From: the human T2T-CHM13v2.0 reference genome, Homo sapiens
Assembly: GCF_009914755.1 (NCBI RefSeq)
Contig: NC_060942.1
Reading direction: 5' to 3' (one strand)
Length of the DNA stretch: 64,000 bases
Shown here: positions 25,293 through 40,430 of the stretch, piece after piece
Numbering within the stretch: the first letter of the stretch is position 1
Layout of the letters: each line of letters starts with the position of its first letter
The notes under the pieces: generated by a model
The model's input: only the letters and a program-made list of their open reading frames with translations
What the model was told of the DNA's origin: nothing
Databases searched by the model: none
Translations under genes and position numbers: made by a program

Positions 25293-26002
25293 GTTGTATA
25301 ACCTGCAAATTACAGGTGATGAGATACAGCAAACATTGAACTTCTGAAATACGAATCTGAGAAGTTTTAAGAGGAAAACTCTACCTTGAGAAATGAAATT
25401 ACAAGTTTAAATGAAAAAGACAGCATTTCTAATCTGAAACTAAGGAAATTAGTGACTATAAAACAGAAACACAGCTGCAGAGAATTAAAAATCAAAACCT
25501 CTTTAGACTAAAGAACTTTTGACTTTTAATTGTACTGAAACCAATATTTTAAGAAAATCTTGTTGTTCTTATAGAGGGAGCCAAATTTTTAGTTTTGTAT
25601 TACTATATTTTCAATATCAAAGATCAATGTTTAGAAAGATTTATAAATAATTCCCTTCTAAATATAGCAACTTGAGGACATAACATTTTTTTATCAATTC
25701 ATCCTTCACAAACCTTTTGTGACCTGCACAAAGCCTTGACATGATGCTTAGGCTTTCTGCTTTGTTTTGTCTTCCTCTTTCTCAAAAAATAACCAGTCAT
25801 TTTACTTTAGGACAAACATTTACTACACAAGATTATTTTCCAGACAAAATTTTCTCTTTTCTCTTTAAACTTTCTTAACAAATATATATCTTTATAATAA
25901 CCATGACTTTCTTATAACCCCCTCCTTCACTCATTCCTTTTTATATTGTTTCTATTTTCTAATTTTAATTTTTGAAACAACCTTTAAACAACCTCCAAAT
26001 TA

Positions 26003-26445
<443 letters not shown>

Positions 26446-27634
26446 TTAGTAATCTTGATTTTTAGTGAAAATCTAGGAAGCAAGAAATTTTGAACTGTCT
26501 GTCACATACTAGTGTTTTATAGATGAGAATCTGTTAATAATTTTGAGAAACATCATCTTCCATAACATAATTTTTACATGTATTAATAGACCCAAATATA
26601 TATATCTATAAATTTTTAGAAGCAAAGAACATTTATGTTCAGTAATTTCAGTTTTTATCTTATTTCAAAATGACCCAGACATTTAATAAGTTATCATTTT
26701 AACACAGCATAACCTTAGTATTTAAAATTACATAAAAATTTTATCTGTATTTATTCCATTTATATTTACCTAATTTATTTTTAACAATTTACCCAGATTA
26801 CTTATAAAAACTGAGCTATTAGATAAAGCTAACCATTATTTCAAATTATTTCCCTGTTAAGCATTTTTATAGCCTGTGAATATTAGGTGTTCATGTAAGC
26901 AGAAGACTTAAATATAAGAATATGTTGTTAATAACTCAGCAGATACAGCTGTTTTTATTAAACTACAATATTAAATTAAGTTTACATATCAAAGAGTTAC
27001 ACAAACAAAGATTATTCTGCTTTTTAGGCTGGGTTTATCATTTTCTGACCTTGAAACATCTTGAAGATACAAATATAAAACTGTCTAACCAGTAAACGCA
27101 GGCAAAAATGTATGCTGACAACTTTATTTTACTAATTTAAAAAACAGCTTCTTTATTATTATATATTTTATATGAGTGCTCATTTATCTTTGCCAATTTG
27201 AATAAAATTATTTAAGGGATTTCTGGCTAACTACATCAGATTTTATAATATAGACACAATATATAACAAAATTCGATGTACATATGTGTAAATAGACCTA
27301 AACATATATCCACACACAAATGCAATCTTATAAATTTCATTTTAGAATTTTGGTCATGAGATAGTAATACAAACTCACCAGTTTATAAAAGACTGCTGGA
27401 TCAAAATTGTATTTTGGAAAAAATAAGCCTTGTTCAAATAGCTCCCTTGTTCAAATGGTTATTTGCCCCAATACGTATCCTAATGAAGGCTGTGGACCAA
27501 TGTTTTGGGGAAAGTAAGTTGGTTTACAAAAACTTCTTTTGCCCCGTTTTGTTTGTTTTCTTTTTTTAGCTTTAAATGGGTTTAACGTTAAATTCTAAGT
27601 TTACATTTTAGCCAGGATCGGCTGAATTGTATAA

Positions 27635-28072
<438 letters not shown>

Positions 28073-28439
28073 TGACCTGTTTGATCTGAGAGCCCCATTT
28101 CTATAAACATTTACCTAGTTTAAGACTAGTAATACTTGAATTAACTATTCCGTAAGCTTAAGCAATTGTTAGTCAGGCAAACCTAAATTTGCATTTCTAA
28201 AAGATGTTTAGATGGTTGGTTGCCATGAGGCTGTTGTAATTTGTAAAAGCATTAATTTTAAAGTCTTTAAGACTTTTTTTTTAATCTTACCTGGAATGCC
28301 ATAACAGAGAGTTTTATGGCGACATCAGCAGAAAAGTCAACAGGTTCAAAGTAGGTAGGAAAAGAAGCAGAGTGCTAGAGGATTTAGAAGCCTCTATGTG
28401 TTGACTCTACCATTGTATTCTCTTAATTTGGTGCAAAGA

Positions 28440-28569
28440 AGAAAACAAGCTTGGGAAGTTCAAATGATCCCAATGATTGCCATTGATCAAAAAACATGCA
28501 TGAGGAAAAGCCATGTAGCTGGCTGGAGACTCAGAAAATCTGATATGTCTAAATGTTTGAAATTCCCAT
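28440..28569 (-). pseudogene. Degenerate ERV gag (matrix) relic
   Basis: Minus-strand ATG GGA ATT TCA AAC (MGISN) at 28569, then DQWQSLGSFELPKLVF, resembling the gammaretroviral matrix QWPxxGSFxxxKL motif. Lies about 700 bp downstream of the PBS. Confidence 0.5.
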
Positions 28570-29262
28570 TTTATTTCTTTTTAATCTCTTCAAAGCAAAG
28601 AAAATTCTATCACTCCTATGAAAGAATGTCGGGAGTTTGGATGAGTGTTTTAGATGCTGGGGACTGCTCGAATGGATTTTAATTAACCATCTTGCAGCCA
28701 TCATTTAGAATGTTTATTTTTTTCTCTAAGAAGATTTTCAGAAATCAGCATGGGAAGAGACCCAAATCACTTGCAGACACGCAGAACCAAACCAAAATGA
28801 AACCAAGATAAGAGTGATCACAAAAATGTTAACCCAGGCATGCAGATCAAACAAAATACTAAATTAGGCACACAGAAACAAAAGTGAATTCACCAGAAAA
28901 GACATTCTTCACAAACAGAACATAAATTCTGTAAAAAGCAGGGTACTCAGATGAACAGACACTTGTCCTTATACAGTAAGGGCTTTCCAGAAAAAAAAAA
29001 AAAAAAAGGCTTTCATCATCCCAAGAGGAATGCAAGGTCCTTGACTCAGTTGGCCTTATAACAAAACAAAAAGTGAAGCTAATCAGCCTCTACCAAAAAT
29101 AGGGAGGCCTAACCTGAGAAAAGACTCACCAGGACAGAGAAGGTGAGGCCATGGAAGCAGAGAGCTCTAAGGACCTAAGTGAGTACTGTACACCAGGTCC
29201 CAGAACTGCCAATTTCTTTCACAAGTGATCTTTCTTCAGGTCTGACTTCTGGACACAATTTT

Positions 29263-30087
29263 TATCAATGTAAATAATAAACAGAGAGGGGGGTCTCTAA
29301 AAGACAATGACAGTTATTTGGGAATGAGGCATTTCAATGGAAATATGTGTGCCATAGTAAGCTAAGTGCATATTCAGGGAAGTAAAGGAAAATGACAGTT
29401 TTTAAGGGAAACAGGAAAGAGGCTATATAACTGCTTCTGAGTGATATGGTTTGGCTGTGGCCCCACCCAAGTCTCATCTTGAATTTTAACTCCCACAATC
29501 CCCACATCTCGTGAGAGGAACCTGGTGGGAGGTGATTGAATTATGTGGGGAGGTCTTTCTTGCAATGTTCTCATGATAGTGAATGGGTGTCATGAGATGT
29601 GATGGTTTTAAAAACAGAAGTTTCTCTGCACAAGCTCTCTTTGCCTGTCACCATCCATGTAAGATGTGACTTGCTCCTCCTTGCCTTCAGCTATGATTGT
29701 GAGGCCTCCCCAGCTACGTGGAACTGTGAGTCCAATTAAACTTCTTCCTTTTGTAAATTACCCAGTCTTGGGTATATGTTTATCAGCAGTATGAAAATGG
29801 ACTAATACACTGAGATTATTATCATTAGCTACAAGGATGAATAACAAGAGTGACACCAGTCTAGGGTTGGAGAGGAAATCGCTGGGAAGATACCCAAACA
29901 GAACTATTTTTTGTGTAAAGTTGAGATGGCCTTTGTGCAAAGTTGTGGTTTCTGCAGAGTCTTTTGTGATAGTTTTTATCAGGCATTAATGCATGAGAAC
30001 CCCTCTTTATGGCCTTTCTCACCTCTGTTCATCAGGGTTTTTTTTTTTAACACAAGTGACTTCATTCTAATTGTAACAACTTCTGCA
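29263..30087 (-). mobile_element. 5' LTR of the ERV1 provirus, split by THE1B
   Basis: Homologous to 21708-22149 once 29442-29814 is removed. Confidence 0.9.
29442..29809 (+). mobile_element. THE1B-like solo LTR
   Basis: 'tgatatggtttggctgtgg', 'catccatgtaagatgtgacttgctcctccttgccttc' and 'ggactaataca'. Perfect TSD CTGAG at 29437-29441 and 29810-29814. Confidence 0.95.
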
Positions 30088-31952
30088 ACACCAAGACCAT
30101 TTTTAGAAAGGGAAGAGGAACATTTGTCTGTGCTGGCCAAGGCTTCAATACATGCAAAGCTTTCAAACCCCAGGCAAGGACTGGATCTGGAGGCAGAACA
30201 AAAAAGCGAAGGAACAAATTTCTAATTTAAATGAGAATAATGGCTGCTTTTTCTCAGAGCTTCTCAACATTTCTGTGTCTCAAAATAGGTTTCTTCCTGG
30301 TATTTAATGTAGTTATGATATGAGAGTTTAACTTCATATTTTGAGGATCATTAGAAATCTTCCAAATGAATTGACGTTTTCATTGGCTTTACATTTTTAT
30401 TAATTATTTTCCAAAATTGGTATGACCAATGAGCCAGTTCCCAAAAGATCTATGTGTGTGCATACAATTCCATATTTATATTTCTAAAAATGTATTTCAC
30501 ATATATTTATCATGTGGAGTATCATAAGGAGTACTCACAATTTAGAGAACCTAAAATTTCGTGGTGGGAATAAGACATAATGTGAAGGTCTTTTGATTCT
30601 GTAACGCAAAATTGCTTATAAATGTGAAGAAAATGTTAAACAACCATAGCAGAGAGAATATGATTAGCAGTGGGGAGACAATGTGGCAGGTACTGCAAAG
30701 CTTAGGAAGAGCAGCTTCATGGGCAGGTGCCCCTCAGATAGGGCTGTGTTTTCATGAAGTCGGTGCCCGAGGGAGGTCAGAGTCTGAGGGACAGCCCCAG
30801 CGGACCAGCCAGGAGCCAAACAGCCCCGCAGGAAGAGTTCATCTCTAATGGGGGGAGTGTGGAAGGCAGGACTAGATGAGAAAAATTCCAGCAGGCAGGC
30901 AACACAAGTCCCAGAAGAAAAGGTGTTGACAAAGTAGACTGCTTGTTGGTCAGAAGTGACAATTCAGAGGTGCCCAGATTCAAAATCAGTGCCCTGAGGC
31001 CTCCAAAAATAGAGCTGAGAAGAGCAAGTTACTGCAGAACGAAGGCATGGGGCATGTTTCCAAGAGGGATCTGCACAGGTACATTCAACTGGAGCACAGC
31101 TGCTGAAAGAGATGGTACATTTTAAGAACATGTGGCCCAAATACTACAATAAGGGCTCAAGATAAGAGCAGAAACTGCCTTCGGTGTAGACCTGACATTA
31201 GATCCCTAACCCAAGGCCCCTAATCTCCTCTTAAATCCTTCTGGAAGGACAAAGAAGAGATGTCAGACCCAGAGATGGGTCAGGGAGCTGAGGAGGTAGC
31301 CAAGTCCATGGTGCTGGTAGATGGTCAGGACCCAGGTACATCAAGAACATGGTAGATGACACCCCAAACACTCAGCCCATGGGCTGAGCACTTTAAACTC
31401 TCATTTAAAATGTTTTTTCTTTATTTTTTAGGTTTAAAAATTATGTGGAAATATTGCTTACCCTAATTTCCTAAAGCGTTAATAAGGAAAATTATTAATC
31501 ACATTTATTGTTCGTTCTGATAGGGTTTCAAAGTTTGTATGATACACATATGCAGACTATGAAAGGGTTAGTGAGAAAGTCCTGCAGGCACTTTTGTGTT
31601 TCATGTCATGCAGTTATTCTAAATCTCTCTTCATCCACTACACCTGGCAATCCTGCAGAGCACAGTTTTAAAGTGAGCAGTATTCTAATCTACCTCACTT
31701 CACTAGCTTCGTTAACATGCTCACCTGATCCACAGCAGGCGCTAGGATTGTTGTTGGATATGCTCACTCACATCAGCTTTAAACGATTCATCTCGAGTAT
31801 GCAAAGCAGTTATCATAAGTAAAAGGACAACAAATTAGAAAATTAGAATTTGTACCACATGTAATCAGGGTGTTGTTCAATTACTCTTATTGCATGATGC
31901 AACGCTAAGTTTGTCCTCTCACAGGAATACCGTGTGTCAGGTTCTCTTTCTG

Positions 31953-32090
31953 TCATATGTATGTGTGTGTATATGTGTGTGCATGAGTGTATGTGTGTAT
32001 ATGTGTATGTATATGTGTATGTGCACATGTGTACGTGCCTTGAATGTGCACATGTGAATATGTGTATATGCACATGTGTCTTTGTGTTTA
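31953..32090. repeat. (TG/TA)-rich microsatellite
   Basis: 'catatgtatgtgtgtgtatatgtgtgtgcatgagtgtatg...'. Confidence 0.9.
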
Positions 32091-32094
32091 TACA

Positions 32095-32240
32095 TAACTC
32101 CCAAATTGGTCCTGTGAGGTTGGCATTTTTTATCCACGCTATTGTGATTTTGAAATGTTAGGTGAATATCCTGCCATTGGTAACTGACAGAGGCAATTTG
32201 AACCCACACCTGCTTGACCTCAAATCCCATGTTCTAATTC
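32095..32240 (-). mobile_element. MIR fragment
   Basis: 'cctgtgaggttggcatt' and 'atttgaacccacacctgcttgacctcaaatcccatgttct'. Confidence 0.65.
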
Positions 32241-32671
32241 CAGAAAGTGGCTGGGACTAACATGTTTCTGAGTATGGTGAAGAAGACAGTGTAGGTCAGA
32301 CACACACTCAGGATAAAACAGGGAAACCTTCAGGAAGAGTTAGCAGTCACCCTGCATCAAGAATCCCTGACATCCTGGAAAGACATAAAAAGGCAGTTAG
32401 CCCAAGATCCAGAATGTGCTCACACCTCTTCAGCACTTCTAAGCCTGTGTGTATGTGTGTGTGTGTGTGTGGTGTGTGTGTCTGTGTGTATATACTTGTT
32501 ATGGTTAATGAATCACACACAATTTATTCCTGTTTGTAGATTTAGCTCTTTCAAACCCATGCTTTCATTCTTTTAATAAGTCTAAAATAAAATAACCCTT
32601 TTAGGGAAAAAAAGAAGTCTCTATGTTTGTGTGTGTGCACACATATGCAACATGCATGGTGAAGCAACAGA

Positions 32672-35600
32672 ATTTTTTTTCTGGCTTTATCAAGGTGTAA
32701 TTGATAAAAATTGTACATATTTATGGAATAAGATGTGATGATTTGATATACATGTACATTGTGAAATAATTAGTACAATCAAGTTCATTACCATGATCAC
32801 CTCACATAGTTGCCTTTTGTTTTTGCAGTAAGAATCCTTAAGAGCTAGTCTGTAAGCAAATTTCAAGTATACAGTTGAGCATTATTACTCAAGTTGCCAC
32901 AAAATTGTACCTGAGATCTCCGGAATTTACTCATTTTGTAACTGACCATTTGTACCTTTGACCAGCATTTCTCCATTTCCCTCCCCCACCACCTCAGCTC
33001 CTGGTGACCATTGTTCCACTCTGCTTCTGTGAGTTCAACTTTTCTAGGTTCCACATATAAGTGAGATCATAGGGTATTTGTCTTTCTGTGTCTGGGTTAT
33101 TTCACTTAGTATAATGTCCTCCAGGTTCATCCATGCTGTTGAAAAAGGCAGAATTCCCTTCTTTTAATGGCCAAGTAATATTCAATTGTGTATATGTCTA
33201 TACCACATTTTGATTACCCATTCAGCTATCAATAGAAATTTAGGTTGCTTTCATATATTGGATATTGTGAATAATGCTGCCTTGAACAAGTGGATGCAGA
33301 TATCTCTTCAAAGTGCTGATGTCATTGCCATATTGGGTATACGCCCAGAAGTGAGATTGCTGGGTCACCTGACAGTTCTATTTTCAGTTTTTTTGAGGAA
33401 CCACCATGCTATCTATTCTCTAAGAGCTGTACCAATTTACATTCCCATCAACAGTGCACAAGAGTTCCTTTTTCTCCACACCCTTTCTAACACTTGTTAT
33501 GTCTTCAATTTTTGATAATAGCTTTCTTAACAGGGGTGAAGTGATATATGATTGTGGGTTTTTTTACTTGCATCTCACTGACGATTAGTGACGTTGAGCC
33601 CCTTTTCATATACCCATTGTTCATTTATATGTCTCTTGAAAAATGTCTATTCAGGTCCTTTATCTATTCCTTTTACTATTGAGTTGCATAGTTACTTATG
33701 TATTTTGGACATTAACCTCTTATCAGATATATGGATTACAAATAGTTTCTCTCATTCTATAAATTGCCTTTTCATTTTATTGAATGTTTCCTTTGCTGTG
33801 CAGAAGTTTTTAGTTTGATGTAATCCCATTTGTTTATTTTTGCTTTTGTTACCTATGCTTTTGAGGTCTTATACAAAAAAATTCCTGCCCAGGCCAATGT
33901 CATGAAGCATATCCTCATATTCTCTGTATTTTCTTTTAGTAGTTTTGTAGTTTCAGGTCTTACATTTATCTTTAATTCATTTTTAGTTGATTTTCGCATA
34001 TAGTGAAATAGGAATCCAGTTTCATTCTTCTGCATATGGATATCTAAATTTCCCAGCACCACCATGTACTGAAGACATTCTCCTTTCTCCAACTGTGTTC
34101 TTGTAGCCTTTGTCAAAAATCAATTGGCTATAGATGCATGGATTTATTTCTGGGCTCTCTATTTATTTTCATTGGTCTATGTGTCTGTTTTTATGACAAA
34201 ACCATGCAGTTTTGGTTACCATAACTTTGTATTATGTTTTGAAATCAGGTAGTGTGAAGCCTCTAGTTTTTTTGGGGGGGTTTGCTTTTTGTTTTGTATT
34301 TTTCCTCAAGGTTGCTTTTGATACAGAGAAGAGGCAGGGAAATACTAGGTAGAAAAGGGTGGGGTCCCTGGCAAAGGTTCCACCCTCAGGCCTGGACCCA
34401 TGGCCCTAAATGAGAACTTCACCTCCCTGTTTTCCTGCCTGAATGTTGCCTTTTGGCCCACCACGCCCCCTATCCTGTGCCCATAAGAACCCCAGACTCC
34501 AGACTCAGGACACACACACACAGAAGACAGAAGTGTCAGAACGTTGAGAGAAGAAGCAGCTGGACATCAGAAACTGCTCAAAGAGGAGCTTGCCCAGGGA
34601 TGGTCCGAGAGGAGATCGGCCCAGGACAGCCGAACTCCAGGGGAAGACTGCCTTCCCACCCCATCCACTTTCCATCTCCCCATCCTGCTGAAAGCCACTT
34701 CCACCATTCAATAAAATCTCCACATTAATTGTCCTTCAAGTCCATGTGACCTCATTCCTCTTGGGCACTGAACAAGAATTAGGGATGCACTGGGTGCAGG
34801 AACCCAAAAAGGCTGTCACACTGGCCTTTTGCCCTCGCTGGTGGAGGGCAGCCACTCCACACCACAAGGCAAAAGGCCCACTGAGCTGGTAGCACGTCCT
34901 CTGGGGCTCCAGGTGTTTCCAGCACCCACTCCCAGAGAGCAGAGCTAAAAAAAGCATTGTAACGTGCTTGGATGCTGCCATGGGTCCACACAGGGCCTGC
35001 TCCTACCAGAGAGGAGCAACTGACTAGTTCCAGCATTCATTCACTTTGGTTCCCACACTTGCCCACTCATGTGCTCCCTCCTGTAAGGGATTGAGCACGG
35101 CAGCTTAGTAAAGGAATCACTCCCTTTGTGAGTCCCAGGAAGGGGTCAAGGGAACTCTCCCATCTCACTTTGGCTATTTAGGTCTTTTGTGGATTCATAT
35201 AAATTTTATATTTTTATTTTCTATTTCTCTGACTCTGTAGATTACCTTGGATAGTATGGACATTTTAACAATATTAATTCTTCTAGTTGATAAACTTGGA
35301 ATACCTTTCCATTTTTTATGTCCTCTTCCATTTCTTGAATCAGAATTGTACGGTTTTCAGTGAATAAATCATTCACTTCCTTTGTTAAATTTATTCCTAG
35401 GTATATTATTTTTGTAGCTATTAAAAGTATGATTGTTTCCTTGATCTTCTTGAGAATTTCACTATTAACATATATAAATATATATATATGCTACTAATTT
35501 TTATAAGTTAATTTTGTGTTCCACAACTATACTAAATTTGTATATTAGCTCTAATAGTATTTTGTTGGATTCATAAGGTTTTCTATATACAAGATCATAT

Positions 35601-38600
35601 CATCTAGATAGACAACTTAACTTGGTCCTTTCTGATTTGGATGCCTGTTATTTCCGTGCATCACACCTAATTGCTCTGTGGGACAAAAATGTTGAGAGTG
35701 AACACCCTTTTGTTGTTCCTGATCGTAGAGGAAAAGATTTCAGCATTTAATCAATCATTCAGTATGATGCTAAATGTGTACAGTCTCTCTACACCTAATT
35801 TGTTGAGAGTTTTTATCATAAAAGGTGTTGAATTCTGTCGAATGCTTTTTCTGCACCTATGAAGATGATTATGTGATTTCTTCTTCACACTCTTATTGAT
35901 TTGTGTATGTTGAACCATCCTTGCAACCCAGCAATAAATCTCATTTGATCATGACATATAATATTTTTAATGTTCTGTTACATTTGATTTGCTAATATTT
36001 TATCAAGGACTTTTTCATCTGTGTTTATCAGAGTTATTGGCCTATCATTTTCTATTCTTGTAGTGTAATGTCTCTATCTGTTTTTGGTATGAGGCTAATG
36101 TTGGCCTCATAAAGTGAGTTTGAGAGCTTTCCTTCCTCTTCAATTTTTTGAACAGTTTGAGGAGGATTGGAATTAATGCCTGAGAGTTCACCCATGAATC
36201 CATCTTGTCCTGTACTTCTCTTTGTTGGGAGGTCATTTCTTTAATTCAATCCCCTTATTCATTATTGGCCTGTTCAGGTTTTCTGTTTCTTCATGATTGA
36301 GTCTTGATAGATTGTGTATTTCTGGGAATTTATTCATTTCTTCTACGTTATCCCCTCTGTTGGCATATAATTGTTCATAGTAATCTGTTTTGGTCCTTTG
36401 TATTTCTGTGGTATCAGTGGCAGTGCCTCTTATTTCATTTATAATTTTATTTATTTGAGTTTTCTCTGTTTTTTCATAGTTAATCTAGCTAAAGCCTTGT
36501 CAATTTTTATTTATCTTTTCAAAAAACCAAGTTTGAGTTTCATTCGTGCTTTCTATTGTCTTTCTAGTCTCTATTTCATTTCTTTCTACTTTCATCTTTA
36601 TAATTGCCGTCACTCTGCTGACATTGGGCTTAGTTTATTCTTTTTCTAGTTTCTTGAGGTGTAAAATTGTTTATATGAGATCTTCATTTGTTATTAATGT
36701 TGGCATTTATCACTTTAAACTTCCTTCTTAGAAAAGCTTTGGTTGTATCTTGTAAGTTTTGGTATGTTGTCTTTCCACTTTTGTTTATCTCAAGATACTT
36801 TTTACTTACCTTTTCATTTCTTCCGATTATTCAGCAGCATATTGCTTAATTTCCATATAGCTGTGAATTTTTAGTCTCCTTCTGTTATTGATTTCTAGTT
36901 TCATAACATTGTTGTCTGAAAAGATACTTGACATGATTTTAATATTTTAAATTTGTTAAGACATTTTTGTCACCCAACACATGATCTATTCTGAGGATAT
37001 TATGTGTGTACCTGAAAATAATGCATATTCTGCTGCTGTTGGATGGAATGTTCTGTGTATTCTGTTATGTCCTTTTGGACTATAATATTATTCAATTCTT
37101 CAATTTCCTTATTGATTTTCTGTCTTGATAATCTCTCCATTGCTAAAAGTGGGTAGGTATTGAAGTCCCTTATTATTATTGCATTACTATCTATTTTCTC
37201 ATCAATTTTCCTAATTTTGCTTTTTCTTTAGATGCTTCCACGTTGAGTGCATATATATTTACAATTGTTACATTCTTTCGAAAAATTGACCCCTTTATCA
37301 TTATACAGTGACCTTCTTTTTATCTTGTAACAGATTTTTGACTTAAAGTCTACTTTGTTTGATAAAGTATAATCATCTATGCTCTCTTTTGTTTCCCATT
37401 TGTATGAAATATATTTTTTCATCTCTTCATTTTCAGCCATTATGTGTTTTTAAAATCAGAGTCAGCGCCCTGTAGGCAAGCTGTTGTTGGATTCTTTTTC
37501 CATTCAGCTACTCTGTGTTTTTTGATTGGATAGTTTAACCAATTTACATTTACAGTAATTATTGAGAAGTGAGGACTTACTATTGCCATTTTATTGCTTG
37601 TTTTTTCACTGTTTTGTAGTTCCTGTGTTTCTTTCTTTCTCTCTATCTTATTTTATGACAGGTTGATTTTTTGTAGCGGAATGAGTTGATTCCTTTCTCT
37701 TTATCTTTTGTGTATCTACTAAATATTTTGCTTTGTGGTTACCATTAGGCTTACATAAAACATCTTAGAGTTGTAACAGTATATTTTAAGCTAATAACAA
37801 CTTAATTTAAATCACATACAAAAACTGTAGTTTTTCTCTCTCTCCCACCACATTTGTGCTATTTATGTTACTCTTTATATCTTTTTATATTGTATATTCA
37901 TTAACAAGTTATTGTGGTTATAGCTTCTTAAATATTTGTGTTTTAACTGTTATACTAAAGTTAAAATTTACATACTACTATGACAGTATTACAGTATTCT
38001 AAATTTGGCTATATATTTACCTTTACCAGTGAGTTTTATACTGTCCTATGTTTTCATATTTTCATTAGTGTCCTTTTGTTTCTACTTGAAGCACTTTCTT
38101 TGGCATTTCTTGTAAGACACATCTAGAAGTGATGAACTTCAGCTTTTGTTTGTCTAAATATCTCCTTAGCTCTTCTTCATTTCTAAAGGACAGCTTTATG
38201 GGTGTAGTATTCTTGGCTGCCAGTTGTTCTATTAATTTTGTAACTTTGAATGTATTATCTTACACCTTCCTGGCCTGCAGAGAAATCCACTGACAGACTT
38301 ATGGCCACTGCCTCGTATGTAACAACTAGCTCTTTTCTTGCTGCTTTCAAAATTCTCTTTGTCTTTCACTTTTGACAATTTGATTATAGTGTGTTCCAGG
38401 GCCATCTTCTCTGCATTGATCTTGTTTGGGGTCCTGGGAGCTTCATAAATCTGGGTATTCATATACCTCCCAATATTTGGGAAGTTTTCAGCCATTATTT
38501 GTTTAAATAAGTTTTCTGCTCCTTTCTTTCTCCTTTCCCATTCAGCAACTCCTATAATGGATATTTTTTGCTTATTTGATGGTGTTCCATAGATCTCATA

Positions 38601-40128
38601 TGTTTTATTTATTCTCTTTCATTCTTTTTTCTTTTTGTCCCTCTAGCTGGCCAATTTCAGATGATCTGTCTTTAAGTTCACTGATTCTTTCTTCTGCATG
38701 ATCAAATCTGCAGTTAAAACTCTATATTGCACTTTTCAGATTTTTCATTGTATATTTCAGCTCCAGAATTTCTCTTTAGGTCTTTCTTATTGTTTATATT
38801 TCTTTATTAAACTTCTCAGTTTATTCATGCATTGTTTTTCTGATTTCATTTATTTGTCTGCCTGTATTCTGTTACATATCATTGAACTTCATTAGTTGAT
38901 TGTTTTGAATTTTTTGTCAGGCAATTTATAGATTTCTATTTCTTTAGGGTTGATTACTGGAGCTTTATTAGTTTACTTTATGGTGTCATGTTGGCCTGAC
39001 TGTTTATGATCCATGTATTCTTGCACCTATGTCTTTGCATTTGAAGAAACAAACACTGTTCTTGTCTTCACAGACTATTTTTGCCAGGTAAAGACCCTCT
39101 CCTGTTAGATCCCCAGGCTGATGGAATTGCCTCTGAAATTGCAGTCAAGTGGGGTTGGAGCTAGGTCTTGTGGCTGTTCCTGGGTCTACATTTTATTTTG
39201 TAGTTGGCATGCCTGTTACTGGATTCTCTCTGGTCCCTGAATGGACTGGACTGCTTCCAGGACTTTGATCAGTAGATCTGGCACTGGGACAAGGATCTAT
39301 TTTCAGACCTACAGTTGGGTCCACAGACAGCAGGCCTGCTACTAAGTGTGCGGATGAGTGTGGATCCTGCTTATCCGTGGGATGATTCAAACCAGGTCAC
39401 TAGGTGGGCCACTGGATGAGTAGCACTGGCCCCAGGCTGTGACTAAGAGGGACTGGAACTGTGTCACAAGGCCATTTTAGGATCTAAACTCAGTCCAAAG
39501 TTGCTGGGCCTGCCTCCATGGGCATGGACATGCAAGTCTTGGCTGGTTGGTCCCTCTGTTAGCAGGACTGCTCCAAGACTGTGGCAAATGGGGAATGGAG
39601 CCAAACTAAAGGGCTGTTTCAGAATCCACAGTCAGACAGCCTGTCTCTAGGGGCACAGACAAGTGTGTCTTCTGCCAGGTTATTTGTGGACAGGACTCCT
39701 CCAAGACCGTGGCTGAAAGGCCTAGAGCTGATTCATGAACCACTTCAGAGTTTATAACTGGGAATGAGATCAGTGGGCTTATTACCAGAGGCACAGGTAA
39801 GTGTGACTCCTCCTGGGTCCCTTGGTGAATGATCCCGGTGGAAGACCAAGGTCAAATGGGGCTCTAGCTGAGTCCACAGGGAAATATGATGTTTCAAAGT
39901 CTGCATATTGGACCATGGACAGTGAATTTGCCACATGGGTGCAGAACTGCCTTCTCAAAACAGCCCTCCTTGGTTGTGGACTCCATAGCGATTTCAAAAC
40001 CTCCAGTCTGGATCTCAAAGCTCACACAAAGACATTTTTGTCCATTTGGGTAGCTGCCAAATCACTGTTTCTGTTGGGGGATATTAACAGAGAACTTTCT
40101 GTTCTGCTGTCTTACTGATGTCTCTCTC
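32672..40128 (-). mobile_element. Near-full-length old L1 (L1MA9/L1MA8-like): 5' UTR, ORF1, degraded ORF2, 3' UTR
   Basis: L1MA9-type 3' UTR ('cacctcacatagtt', 'gcaaatttcaagtataca'). ORF2 remnants (ORFs 33853..34116, 36045..36236, 37228..37440). ORF1 remnant MAENFPNIG...IYEAPRTPNKIN...HTIIKLSKVKDKE (38232..38495). The 5' end reads GACATCAGTAAGACAGCAGAACAG on minus, resembling the L1M GACGTCAGCAAGATGGCGGAATAG terminus. Confidence 0.9.
34319..35167 (+). mobile_element. LTR1-family (HUERS-P2, ERV1) solo LTR inserted in L1 ORF2
   Basis: Starts 'tgatacagagaagaggcagggaaatactaggtagaaaagggtggggtccctggc', contains 'gccctaaatgagaac', ends 'aggggtcaagggaactctcccatctca'. Perfect 4-bp TSD CTTT at 34315-34318 and 35168-35171. 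Confidence 0.92.
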
Positions 40129-40134
40129 CACAAA

Positions 40135-40430
40135 AGAATATTCCTAATATTTAAAGAGTCATTACAAAACAATGAGAAAACTTTGAATACAAAATACAAC
40201 AGAAAAATGTAAGTTAACAGACAATTATTTCACAGATATGCAAATAAACATATAGTAAACTCATGAAAAAATAAGCCTTACTAAACATCAAAGAGGGAAA
40301 ATATGCTGAAATCTCACTTTTTATTTAACAACCTGGAGTTATGAGTGACTTTTGTTTATCATTTTTATTTATCTAACCTATTTCTGTATGTTTCAAAGTT
40401 TCCATAATGACTATATTATTATTGTTGTCA
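40135..40430 (+). mobile_element. Old L1ME fragment(s)
   Basis: 'cctaatatttaaagagtcattacaaaacaatgagaaaa' and 'aacagacaatt', then a 3'-UTR-like 'ggagttatgagtgacttttgttt'. Confidence 0.5.
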
